In this document: piece by piece, positions 35,264-43,591 of the stretch
How the letters are laid out: every line of letters starts with the position of its first letter
Numbering within the stretch: the first letter of the stretch is position 1
NCBI GenBank assembly: GCA_051004915.1
Contig: JBPCJW010000142.1
Coordinates: 915 to 64,914, forward strand
Direction: 5' to 3'
Source: Ilumatobacteraceae bacterium
GTDB taxonomy: Bacteria > Actinomycetota > Acidimicrobiia > Acidimicrobiales > Ilumatobacteraceae
DNA: 64,000 bases
Translations under genes and position numbers: made by a program
The notes under the pieces: model-generated
The model's database searches: none
What the model saw: the letters and a program-made list of their open reading frames with translations, nothing else
What the model was told of the DNA's origin: nothing

Positions 35264-35947
35264 ATGACGCACGTGCTCGTCGTCGACGACGAGCCGACGA
35301 TCGTCGAGATCGTGCGTGACTACCTCGTCGACGCCGGGTACAGGGTGTCGTCGGCTCGTTCGGGCGAGGAGGCCCTGCGGCTCGTCCGCTCGGTCGTCCC
35401 CGACCTGATCGTGCTCGACCTCGGGCTGCCCGGCGTCGACGGGCTCGACGTCGCCCGCACGGTGCGCCGCACGTCGTCGGTGCCGATCATCGTCCTCACG
35501 GCGCGCAGCGACGAGACCGACCGGATCGTCGGGCTCGAGCTCGGGGCCGACGACTACATGGTCAAGCCGTTCAGCCCGCGTGAGCTGTTGGCCCGCATCC
35601 GGGCCGTGCTGCGCCGCAGCACCTCCGCCGTCGACGATGTTCGACCGGTGGTCGTCGGCGGGCTCGCCGTCGATCCGCAGCAGCGATCGGTCGAGGTCGA
35701 CGGCCACCCGACGCAGTTGACGGCGACGGAGTTCGACCTGCTCGCCCGCATGGCGAGCGCACCCGGCCGGGTGTTCACCCGCAGCCAGCTGATGGAGGTC
35801 ATCCACGGTGTCAGCGTCGATGCCGGCGCCCGGGCCATCGACGCCCACGTCAAGAACCTGCGCCGCAAGATCGAGGTCGAACCGCACCGACCACGTCGCC
35901 TGCTCACCGTGCACGGTGTCGGTTACCGCTTGGTCGCCGATGCGTGA
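35264..35947 (+). CDS. OmpR/PhoB-family response regulator
   Basis: VLVVDDEPTIVEIV, DLIVLDLGLPGVDG, IIVLTAR, and a C-terminal HVKNLRRKIE...LLTVHGVGYRL. Confidence 0.92.
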   Translation: MTHVLVVDDEPTIVEIVRDYLVDAGYRVSSARSGEEALRLVRSVVPDLIVLDLGLPGVDGLDVARTVRRTSSVPIIVLTARSDETDRIVGLELGADDYMVKPFSPRELLARIRAVLRRSTSAVDDVRPVVVGGLAVDPQQRSVEVDGHPTQLTATEFDLLARMASAPGRVFTRSQLMEVIHGVSVDAGARAIDAHVKNLRRKIEVEPHRPRRLLTVHGVGYRLVADA

Positions 35948-36950
35948 GGACGCCCGGTGGTGGCGGCGGCGGTTCCTCCGCGTCGCGCTCGTCGTCTCCG
36001 CGATCTGGGCGACGAGCGGGTTGTTGTTCGGCTGGCTCGGTCGCTGGAACGACGGCGAAGGGGCCGACGACCGGCGGGGCTCACCGGCGGTGGTGTTCGC
36101 CGTCGTCGGCACGGCCATCGTCGCCACGTTCGTCGCCTACCGGCGGCTGGCCCGGCCGGTCAGCGAGCTGCTGGAGGGTGCCGAGCGGGTCGGGGCGGGC
36201 GAGTACTCGACCCGGGTCCATCCGGCCGGCCCGCGGTCGGTGCGCACCCTTTGTGCGGCCTTCAACGAGATGGCCGGGCGCCTCGACGCCACCGAGCAAT
36301 CGCGACGCCGCTTTCTCGCCGACGTGACCCACGAGCTGCGCACCCCGCTGACCGTCCTGCAGGCGGAGGTCGAGGCGCAGCTCGACGGCATCCATCCCCG
36401 CGATGACGCCCACCTGCTGCTGCTGCGCGACCAGACCCGCACGCTGGAGCGACTGGTCGAGGATCTGCGGACGCTGGCGCTCGGCGAAGCCGGCCAACTG
36501 ACCCTGCACCGCGAGCTCGTGCCGGTCGGCATCGTGGTCGACGACGCCGTGGCGGCGATCGGTGGGTCGGCGACGCCGCGCGGGGTCACGGTCAGCGCGC
36601 TCCCCGTTGCGCTCGAGGTCGAGGTCGACGTCGATCGGGTGCGCATCGGCCAGGTGCTCGGCAACCTGCTGACCAACGCCGTGCGCCACACGCCATCGGG
36701 CGGCACGGTCGTGGTCGATGTTGCCGTCGGCTCAGGTCACGTCGAGGTCTGCGTCGCCGACTCCGGCCCCGGGCTCGGCGACGACGCGCACGCCGTGTTC
36801 GACCGGTTCCATGCGTCGGCCGACTCCGGCGGCACCGGCCTCGGGCTGGCCATCGCCCGCCAGCTCGTCGAGGCCCACGGCGGCCGCCTCGACGGCGCCA
36901 CCCAACCCGGCGGCGGCGCCGTGTTCACCATCCGTCTCCCGCTGCCGTGA
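35940..36950 (+). CDS. two-component sensor histidine kinase
   Basis: ATG 35940 overlaps the RR stop (ATGCGTGA). H-box VTHELRTPLTVLQAEVEA, N-box NLLTNAVRHTP, G-boxes DSGPGL and GTGLGLAIA. Confidence 0.9.
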   Translation: MREDARWWRRRFLRVALVVSAIWATSGLLFGWLGRWNDGEGADDRRGSPAVVFAVVGTAIVATFVAYRRLARPVSELLEGAERVGAGEYSTRVHPAGPRSVRTLCAAFNEMAGRLDATEQSRRRFLADVTHELRTPLTVLQAEVEAQLDGIHPRDDAHLLLLRDQTRTLERLVEDLRTLALGEAGQLTLHRELVPVGIVVDDAVAAIGGSATPRGVTVSALPVALEVEVDVDRVRIGQVLGNLLTNAVRHTPSGGTVVVDVAVGSGHVEVCVADSGPGLGDDAHAVFDRFHASADSGGTGLGLAIARQLVEAHGGRLDGATQPGGGAVFTIRLPLP

Positions 36951-37102
36951 TCCGGCTCGGACGAGGCTGGGTCGCGCCGCGCGCCACCCATCCGCGGCAG
37001 AACCCGCCATCGGCGGCAGAACCGGCTCGGTCGCTGACGTCATCCACCGCCGCTCCCCCGTCTGGGGCGGGTACCGTCGGCGCGAACAGAGAGGGGGCGA
37101 GC

Positions 37103-37609
37103 ATGTCCGGAACGACCGACTCGCCAGTGGGCCTGCACCACGTGGCGTACGCCTGCAAGGACGTCGAGGCGACGAACCACTTCTACGAGGACCTGATGGG
37201 CTTCCCACTGGTGCACACCGAGCTGGAGCACTTCGACGGGGGCGGGTACCTGCGCCACGTCTTCTACGACCTCGGCGACGGCACGTGCATCGCCTTCTTC
37301 GACCTCAAGGGCGTCGGCGAGCGGGAGGACTGGTCGAGCGCAGTGTCGGAGGGCAACGGGCTGCCGGTGTGGGTCAACCACATCGCGTTCAAGGCCGACC
37401 AGTCCAAGCAGGACGAGGTGCGGGCGAGGATGACCGCGGCCGGCATCGAGCCGACCATGGACCTCGACCACGGCTGGTGCCAGTCCGTCTACTACCTCGA
37501 CCCCAACGGGATCATGGTCGAGTTCTGCCGTGACACGCCGGGCTTCGAGCCCGACCCCGTCGCCGCCAAGCGCTTGCTCACGGCGACCGAGGCGGTCGCG
37601 CCAGGCTGA
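37103..37609 (+). CDS. VOC family protein (glyoxalase/bleomycin-resistance/dioxygenase fold)
   Basis: ATG 37103 follows GAGAGGGGG. GLHHVAYACKDVEATNHFYEDLMGFPLV and VNHIAFKA...YYLDPNGIMVEF are paired beta-alpha-beta-beta-beta module motifs. Confidence 0.8.
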   Translation: MSGTTDSPVGLHHVAYACKDVEATNHFYEDLMGFPLVHTELEHFDGGGYLRHVFYDLGDGTCIAFFDLKGVGEREDWSSAVSEGNGLPVWVNHIAFKADQSKQDEVRARMTAAGIEPTMDLDHGWCQSVYYLDPNGIMVEFCRDTPGFEPDPVAAKRLLTATEAVAPG

Positions 37610-37618
37610 CGCCGCTCG

Positions 37619-38944
37619 TCAGAGGATGCGGACCGGCAGCTCTCTCGGGCCGCGGATCTGACCGACGCTCCAACGCACCGGGCCGGCCAGCTCGAAGTCG
37701 GGGAAGCGGACGAGGAACTCCTCCACCGCCACCAGCACCTCGAGGCGGGCGAGGTTGGAGCCGAGGCAGCGGTGGATGCCGAGCCCGAACGCGGCGTGGC
37801 GGTTCTCCAGCCGGTCGATGACCACCTCATCGGCCCGGTCGAACAGCGCCGGGTCACGGTTGGCGGCCGGGAACGGCAGCAACACCCACTCGTCGGTCTT
37901 CATCGGGCACCCGTGGAAGTCGTGGTCGTGCGCGACCATCCGGGCCATCGTGACGGGTGCGTACGCCCGCAGCAGCTCCTCGATCGCGGTCGGCATCAGC
38001 TCGGGCTCGGCGACCAGCCGCCGGCGGTCCTGCGGGTTGAGGGCGAGGTGCCAGATGCTCGACCCGATCGCGCTCCAGGTGGTGTCGATGCCGGCGAGGA
38101 GGAGCAGGACGATCGAGCCACGCACGTGCTCGGGACTCAGCTTCTGGCCAGCGAGCTCGACATCGAGGAGGTACGAGATGAGGTCGTCCTGCGGCTCCTG
38201 ACGGTGGCGCTCGATGTGCACGTCGAGGTACGCATCGAGCTGCTCGAAGTTCTTGCGCCGCTCGTCCGGGTGCAGGTTGACGCCCTCCAGCGAGTTGTGG
38301 ACGAACGTCCGGAACTGCTCGTCGTCCTCCACCGGCAGGCCGAGCATGCGGGCGATCACGTTGACCGGGATGTGCTGGGCGTACTGCACGGCCGCATCGA
38401 TGACCGTCTCCCCCGCCGTGATGTCGCCCATGTCGTCGAGGCGCCGGCGACACAGCTTGCGCACCTCGGGCTCCCACGGCTCGATCTGCTTCGGCGCGAA
38501 CGGCGGCAGCAGCAGGCGGCGGGCGAGCTGGTGGAACGGCGGGTCGCTGGTGATCGGCGGTGCCCCGCCGATCGGCGCCACCGCCTCGATCGGCGACGTG
38601 CTGACGACGACCGACCGGCTGGTGAAGTTGTCCGTGTCGTAGGCCACCTCGCGCACCAGCTCGGCGGTCAGCGGCGCCCACATCCCGCCGTACCGGTCGC
38701 TGTGCGCCACCGGGCAGCCGGACGTGCGCAGCTCATCCCAGATCTCGTGGGCCTGCGGGTTGTAGGCCGGGTCGGCGTGGTCGAGATCGGTCGCCCAATC
38801 GGTGACCGGCCCGTAGATGCCCGTCGGCGCGCCGTACCCGGCCTCGCCGGAGTGGCCGTGGTTCTGATCGCCAGTCCCCCTGTCGCCCGTCTTCGCGTCG
38901 CCCATCTTCTGGTCACTGGTGACCGCCTTCTGGTCAAGCGTCAC
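37619..38944 (-). CDS. cytochrome P450
   Basis: I-helix LLLAGIDTT, ExxR (EELLR), and the heme loop FGLGIHRCLGSNLAR. The start is ambiguous: GTG 38944 (1 nt after the ferredoxin stop) or ATG 38905. Confidence 0.92.
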   Translation of the reverse strand: MTLDQKAVTSDQKMGDAKTGDRGTGDQNHGHSGEAGYGAPTGIYGPVTDWATDLDHADPAYNPQAHEIWDELRTSGCPVAHSDRYGGMWAPLTAELVREVAYDTDNFTSRSVVVSTSPIEAVAPIGGAPPITSDPPFHQLARRLLLPPFAPKQIEPWEPEVRKLCRRRLDDMGDITAGETVIDAAVQYAQHIPVNVIARMLGLPVEDDEQFRTFVHNSLEGVNLHPDERRKNFEQLDAYLDVHIERHRQEPQDDLISYLLDVELAGQKLSPEHVRGSIVLLLLAGIDTTWSAIGSSIWHLALNPQDRRRLVAEPELMPTAIEELLRAYAPVTMARMVAHDHDFHGCPMKTDEWVLLPFPAANRDPALFDRADEVVIDRLENRHAAFGLGIHRCLGSNLARLEVLVAVEEFLVRFPDFELAGPVRWSVGQIRGPRELPVRIL

Positions 38945-38945
38945 G

Positions 38946-39149
38946 TCACGCTCCCGTCTCGTCGAGAGTGATGGCGTACTCCGGGCAGTTGGCCACGGCA
39001 AGCCGCGCCTTCTCCTCCAGCTCCGGCGTCACGGTGCCGTCGCCGATGACGACCGCCTGGCCGTAGTCGTCGACGTCGAACAGCTCGGGCGCCAGTGCGT
39101 AGCAGCGATTGTGCCCCTGGCACTTCTCCGCATCGACCCGCACCTGCAT
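38946..39149 (-). CDS. ferredoxin (small single-cluster type, P450 partner)
   Basis: MQVRVDAEKCQGHNRCYALAPELFDVDDYG...AVANCPEYAI. The C..H..C...CP pattern is typical of 3Fe-4S ferredoxins adjacent to actinobacterial P450s. Confidence 0.88.
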   Translation of the reverse strand: MQVRVDAEKCQGHNRCYALAPELFDVDDYGQAVVIGDGTVTPELEEKARLAVANCPEYAITLDETGA

Positions 39150-39213
39150 CCCCCGCAGCGTACGCCGCGCGATCGACAGGTCGACCGCTCGGCCGGTTTC
39201 CTACGATGCACCG

Positions 39214-40302
39214 ATGGCCGACAGTTCGACGGCGTTCCTGCCCGTGGCCACCGACCGGCTGCGCATCCGCACCCTCGTGCCGGCCGACGCCGAGGCGTTC
39301 GCGGCCTATCGGTCCGACCCGGACGTGGCGCGCTACCAGAGCTGGTCGGCGCCATATCCGCTGGCGTCGGCGCGCCAGCTGATCGACGGCCAGCCGCAGC
39401 TCGATGGACCGACCGCCGGCGAGTGGGTGCAGTTGGCCATCGAGGCCGACGGCGTGCTGGTCGGTGACGTCGCCGTCGGGCTCAGCGGCGACGGTCACAC
39501 CGCAACGATCGGGTACACGCTCGTCCCTGCTCACCAGGGCAAGGGTCTGGCCACCGAGGCTGTCGCTGCGGTCGTCGACAGGCTGTTCGAGCACAGCGGC
39601 GTCCACCGTGTGGAGGCTTCCGTCGACCCGCGCAACATCGCCTCCGCTCGCATCGTCGAGCAGGTCGGGTTCGACTTCGAGGGAACGGCCGTGTCGTCGG
39701 TGCTGGCCGACGGGGAGTGGACCGACGACGACCGGTATGCGCTGACCGCTGATGCCCACGAGGCGTGGGGCCAGCGTGTCCGCACGGCAGTCAAGGAGGT
39801 GCACCTGCGCGAGGTCACGGCGGGCAACGCCCGAGCCCTGCTCGCTCTGCGCACCCATCGCACACAGCAGCGCTTCGTTGCCCCAATGGCGGCATCGTTC
39901 GCCAACGCCCTGGCTCCCGAGGTCGTCCATGGCGCGGCCCTGGTGCCGTGGCTGCGCGGCATCGAGGCCGACGGCGAGCTGGTCGGGTTCATGATGATCG
40001 CCGAAGGCACACCGACGTCTCCCGAGCCGCACCTCTGGCGGTTGCTGATCGACCGCCGACATCAGCGGCGGGGCATTGGCAGCGCGGCCCTGCGACTGCT
40101 CTTCGAACGCCTGCGCGCCGAGGGCCACTGGGCGCTGAACGTCAGCTGGGTTCCGGGTCCTGGCGGACCAGCACCCATGTACCTCGCGATGGGGTTCGTC
40201 CCGACCGGCGAGATCGACGAGGACGAGATCGTCGCCCGCCTCGACCTGCAGGGCTCGCACGGCTCGCATGGCTCGCAGGGCTCGCAGGGCTCGCAGGGCT
40301 GA
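39214..40302 (+). CDS. tandem GNAT N-acetyltransferase (two GNAT domains) with a (G-S-H/Q) repeat tail
   Basis: ATG 39214. Domain 1 is RimJ/RimL-like (RLRIRTLVPADAEAF..., HQGKGLATEAV, VDPRNIASARIVEQVGF). Domain 2 has LLIDRRHQRRGIGSAALRLL. The C-terminus is QGSHGSHGSQGSQGSQG. Confidence 0.8.
   Translation: MADSSTAFLPVATDRLRIRTLVPADAEAFAAYRSDPDVARYQSWSAPYPLASARQLIDGQPQLDGPTAGEWVQLAIEADGVLVGDVAVGLSGDGHTATIGYTLVPAHQGKGLATEAVAAVVDRLFEHSGVHRVEASVDPRNIASARIVEQVGFDFEGTAVSSVLADGEWTDDDRYALTADAHEAWGQRVRTAVKEVHLREVTAGNARALLALRTHRTQQRFVAPMAASFANALAPEVVHGAALVPWLRGIEADGELVGFMMIAEGTPTSPEPHLWRLLIDRRHQRRGIGSAALRLLFERLRAEGHWALNVSWVPGPGGPAPMYLAMGFVPTGEIDEDEIVARLDLQGSHGSHGSQGSQGSQG
40252..40299. repeat. 9-bp tandem repeat (ggctcgcaN) x5.3
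   Basis: ggctcgcac ggctcgcat ggctcgcag ggctcgcag ggctcgcag ggc, in frame at the 3' end of the GNAT-GNAT gene. Confidence 0.9.
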
Positions 40303-40310
40303 GGCTGCCC

Positions 40311-42338
40311 GTGGCTGAGGCCGGCCACCGCGCCGTCAACCTGTCCAACTGGGAGAGTCGGGTCGCCCACCACGTCGCGGGCTACGGCATCGACCGGCTC
40401 CTCGCCGACCCCGACGCCCTGTCCGCCGTGGTCGCCTTCGATCAGCCGCGCCTCGGCGACCTCCACGGCCTCGACGTGGTGCACCTGCAGTGCCACATCG
40501 GCACGGACACGATCTCGCTGGCCCGCCTCGGTGGGCGGGTCAGCGGGCTCGACTTCTCACCGTCGGCACTGACCGCGGCGCGCGACGTGGCTGCCCGGGC
40601 CGCCCTCGACGTCGAGTTCGTCGAGTCGGATGTCGACCACGCTGTCGACGCGCTCGGCCCCGAACGGTTCGACCTCGTATACACCGGCATCGGTGCGATC
40701 AACTGGCTGCCGTCGATCGCCCGCTGGGCCGACGTCGTCGTCCGGCTGCTGCGCCCCGGCGGGCGGCTGTTCATGCGCGAGGGCCACCCGATGATGCAGA
40801 CATTGAGCGATCCTCGGCCCGACGGCCTGCTGGTCATCGAGTACCCGTACTTCGAGACGGCGTCCGGCACGACGTTCCGCGAGGTCACGAGCTACGTCGA
40901 CCACGAGGGCGAGCTGGCTCAGCCCGAGACGATCGAGTTCAACCACGGCCTTGGCGAGGTCGTCACCGCGCTCCTCGATTCGGGGATGACGCTGACCCAG
41001 CTGGTCGAACACGACAGCGTCCCGTGGAACTCCCTGGGCGAGGCGATGATCGAGGGGGACGACGAGGAGTGGCGGCTGCTCGGAGGCGCAGAGCGGCTGC
41101 CGCTCTCGTACACGCTGCAGGCCGTGAAGACGCGCGGAGTGGGCGGCTCCGCCGCCATGTCGGTGGGCGGCTCCGCCGCCATGTCGGTGGGCGGCTCCGC
41201 CGCCATGTCGGTGGGCGGCCGACCTGACGACTCGCGCCCGCTGCGGACGGGGCCACAGCGGTCACGGTGGTCCCAATACGTTGGCGCGGTGGAGCTCGGG
41301 GCGGAGGTCGACCGGCGGTACGCGGCCCAGGTCGAGTACGGCGGGCGGGCCCGGGCCGTCCACTCCATCCAGCCCGTGGTCTCGGTCCTGGTCATCACGT
41401 ACCGGCACGCCGCGTTCATCCGCCAATGCCTCGACGGGATCCTCGCCCAGCGGACCGACTTCCCATTCGAGGTGGTCATCGGCGAGGACGGCAGCGACGA
41501 CGGCACCGCAGAGATCTGCGTGGAGTACGCCGACGCCCACCCGGCCACCATCCGTCTGTTCCCACGCGACCGTGCACTCACCCAGCTGCCACTTGACGAG
41601 GGAGCCATCGTCCCGATCAAGCGATTGAACGGCCGATTCACTCGCCTCGCCGCCCGCGCCGACGTGATCGCCTTCTGCGAGGGTGACGACCACTGGACCG
41701 ATCCCGAGAAGTTGCAGCGCCAGTACGACGTGTTGCGGCACGACCCGACCGTGTCGGTCGTCGTCCACGAGGCGGCCGTCGAATGGACGTCGGACGAGCC
41801 GCAACCGTGGCAGTACGCCCACGCCGTGTCGACCCGGTTGTCAACGGAGGACGTGATCTGGGACCCCGGCACTCCGACGTGCACCGTGATGATGCGCAAC
41901 TCCGGACTCGAGGACCCGCGGTTCCTCGAGTGGTCGTGCCGGACGCTCAGCGTCGACTACCTGACACGGGCGGTGGCCAGCTTCTACGGCGACACCTTCG
42001 TCATCGACCGGGAGATGGCGGTCCATCGCAAGCATCCCGGTGGGTTGAGTCAGTCGCCTGCCTACCGCGACCGGTTGCGTCTCGCCGAGAGCACGCGCAA
42101 CCTCTACCTCGGCATCCGTGATCTCAGCCCGCCCGACCGGCGGACGTTGACCAACCCCAAGCTGGCCGGCGTGACGGGGAAGCTGGCGCTCGCCGAGCTG
42201 CGCGCCCACCGGCTCAAGCCAGCCGGGCGTCACGCCGCCGAGGCTGTCGGGTTCGCCCTCGCCGCTCCCGGCGAGCTACTCCGTCAGCGGCGCAGGGTCT
42301 TGCGGCCGCTCGCCGACGCCGTCCGACCCACTGCCTGA
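40311..42338 (+). CDS. fusion protein: class I SAM-dependent methyltransferase (N) + repeat linker + family 2 glycosyltransferase (C)
   Basis: Single uninterrupted frame from GTG 40311. MT motif I: VVHLQCHIGTDTISLARLGGRVSGLDFSP. Linker: (GGSAAMSV)x3. GT2: VSVLVITYRHAAFIRQCLDGILAQ...VVIGEDGSDDGT...FCEGDDHW (DxD-like). The earlier part of track ORF 39765.. overlaps the GNAT gene and was rejected. Confidence 0.8.
   Translation: MAEAGHRAVNLSNWESRVAHHVAGYGIDRLLADPDALSAVVAFDQPRLGDLHGLDVVHLQCHIGTDTISLARLGGRVSGLDFSPSALTAARDVAARAALDVEFVESDVDHAVDALGPERFDLVYTGIGAINWLPSIARWADVVVRLLRPGGRLFMREGHPMMQTLSDPRPDGLLVIEYPYFETASGTTFREVTSYVDHEGELAQPETIEFNHGLGEVVTALLDSGMTLTQLVEHDSVPWNSLGEAMIEGDDEEWRLLGGAERLPLSYTLQAVKTRGVGGSAAMSVGGSAAMSVGGSAAMSVGGRPDDSRPLRTGPQRSRWSQYVGAVELGAEVDRRYAAQVEYGGRARAVHSIQPVVSVLVITYRHAAFIRQCLDGILAQRTDFPFEVVIGEDGSDDGTAEICVEYADAHPATIRLFPRDRALTQLPLDEGAIVPIKRLNGRFTRLAARADVIAFCEGDDHWTDPEKLQRQYDVLRHDPTVSVVVHEAAVEWTSDEPQPWQYAHAVSTRLSTEDVIWDPGTPTCTVMMRNSGLEDPRFLEWSCRTLSVDYLTRAVASFYGDTFVIDREMAVHRKHPGGLSQSPAYRDRLRLAESTRNLYLGIRDLSPPDRRTLTNPKLAGVTGKLALAELRAHRLKPAGRHAAEAVGFALAAPGELLRQRRRVLRPLADAVRPTA
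41139..41219. repeat. perfect 24-bp tandem repeat x3.4 (gtgggcggctccgccgccatgtcg)
   Basis: The three units at 41139-41162, 41163-41186 and 41187-41210 are identical, followed by a partial gtgggcggc. In frame, at the MT/GT2 domain junction. Confidence 0.95.
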
Positions 42339-42417
42339 CGACCGGCCCGCTTCGGCCACCGAGCCACTGACTGACAACCTGACCGCTTCGGCCCCCAACC
42401 GCAGCGCGGAGGCATCA

Positions 42418-43449
42418 TCAGGCCGGCCGTGTCCGGCCCAGCGAGCGGAGCGAGCCACCAGCACGGATCACGTCGATCGATTTGAGGGCGACGATGCCCG
42501 GGTCGATGGCGAACAGGTCGCCATCGACCGTTCGCCCGCCGGCCCACGCCACGTACGCCGCCGGCAGGTCGGCGCCGGCGAGGTGGGCGAACGGGTAGTT
42601 GCCGCCGATCCGCACGTTGAGATCGAGCACGGCCACGTCGTCGCCATGGACGAAGACGTCGACATCGAGTGCGCCGACGTGGCCGAGCTCGTCGGCCAAC
42701 GCACGGCCGGCGGCGTGCAGGCGGGGGGCGTCGACCGTCACGGCGGCGTCGGTCTCCCCCGCTCGCATGGCCAACTTGCGGTGGGCGAGCACGCATTGGA
42801 ACCGACCGGCGAAGTCGTTGACCACCGTCAGCCCGTGCTCGACGCCACGCACACCCTCTTGCACCACCACGTCGTCTGACCCACCCGGTTCGGCCAGGTA
42901 CGTGGAACGCAGGTCACGGTGCACCTTGCGGTGCAGCAGCTCGATCTCGTCGGCCTCGCTCGTCGACCACGTGGCGATCGAACCGGTCCCGCGCCGCGGC
43001 TTCACGAAGACCCGATCCGCTCCGGCCCCGAGCCATCCCGCAGCCTCCGCCGGATCGAGCGTCGTGCGCGGCGCGGTCAAACCCGCCCTGCGCGCGATGT
43101 CGACGGTGGCCAGCTTGTCCTGGCACAGCGCGATGACATCGGGGGCCGACACGGCGACGCGCACGCCGGCCGCCGCAAAACGACTGATGGCGCCGGCGAG
43201 CACCGGCAGCTCGAGGTCGAAGACCGGGACCACGAGAGCGATCTGCTCGCGCCGGCACACATCGAGCAGGAAGTCGATGTAGCCGTCGCTCGCCAGCGGC
43301 GGTGCGACGACCGCCAGGTCGGCGACCACCATGGCCGTCGCCTCGGCTTGGGAGTTGGTGGCGACCACCAACCCCTCTGGTGCCACGGCGTGGCGGAACC
43401 ACTCAACGAGGTACGAGCGCCGACCGGCGCACGTGATCAGCACGTTCAT
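42418..43449 (-). CDS. ATP-grasp domain ligase (carbamoyl-phosphate-synthase/PylC-like)
   Basis: MNVLITCAGRRSYLVEWF (pre-ATP-grasp start typical of this subfamily), VFVKPRRGTGS, VVQEGVRGVEHGL, LDLNVRIGGNYP (Mg/ATP site). Confidence 0.8.
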   Translation of the reverse strand: MNVLITCAGRRSYLVEWFRHAVAPEGLVVATNSQAEATAMVVADLAVVAPPLASDGYIDFLLDVCRREQIALVVPVFDLELPVLAGAISRFAAAGVRVAVSAPDVIALCQDKLATVDIARRAGLTAPRTTLDPAEAAGWLGAGADRVFVKPRRGTGSIATWSTSEADEIELLHRKVHRDLRSTYLAEPGGSDDVVVQEGVRGVEHGLTVVNDFAGRFQCVLAHRKLAMRAGETDAAVTVDAPRLHAAGRALADELGHVGALDVDVFVHGDDVAVLDLNVRIGGNYPFAHLAGADLPAAYVAWAGGRTVDGDLFAIDPGIVALKSIDVIRAGGSLRSLGRTRPA

Positions 43450-43481
43450 GGGATCACCCTGGCGACGATGCGCTCGCTCAT
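43446..43481 (-). CDS. micro-ORF 2 (11 codons, MSERIVARVIP), coding status unproven
   Basis: Its ATG overlaps the stop of micro-ORF 1 (ATGA), and its TGA overlaps the ATG of the ATP-grasp gene (ATGA). Confidence 0.15.
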   Translation of the reverse strand: MSERIVARVIP

Positions 43482-43591
43482 GTCAGCACCTCATCGTGGG
43501 CTGTAGCGCCGAGAAGGAGCGCACCAGGTACTCGGCCATGAGAGACAAGACCGTGCTGCTGATCCACTCGATCGAAGACTCCGTCGTTCAT
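43478..43591 (-). CDS. micro-ORF 1 (37 codons, MNDGVFDRVDQQHGLVSHGRVPGALLLGATAHDEVLT), coding status unproven
   Basis: Its ATG overlaps the aminotransferase stop (ATGA). By hand count, third-position G+C is about 20 of 37 codons, visibly lower than in neighbouring genes. Confidence 0.25.
   Translation of the reverse strand: MNDGVFDRVDQQHGLVSHGRVPGALLLGATAHDEVLT

Noticed and set aside
39765-40310. N-terminal extension making an 857-aa ORF (39765..42338)
   Set aside because: This part overlaps the second GNAT domain in another frame and is Arg/Gly/Pro-rich. Methyltransferase-like sequence starts after GTG 40311.
41139-41219. Tandem repeats (24-bp, 9-bp at 40252, 15-bp at 21082) considered as CRISPR-like arrays
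   Set aside because: There are no spacers: the units are directly adjacent, in frame and inside coding sequences. No cas genes are in the window.
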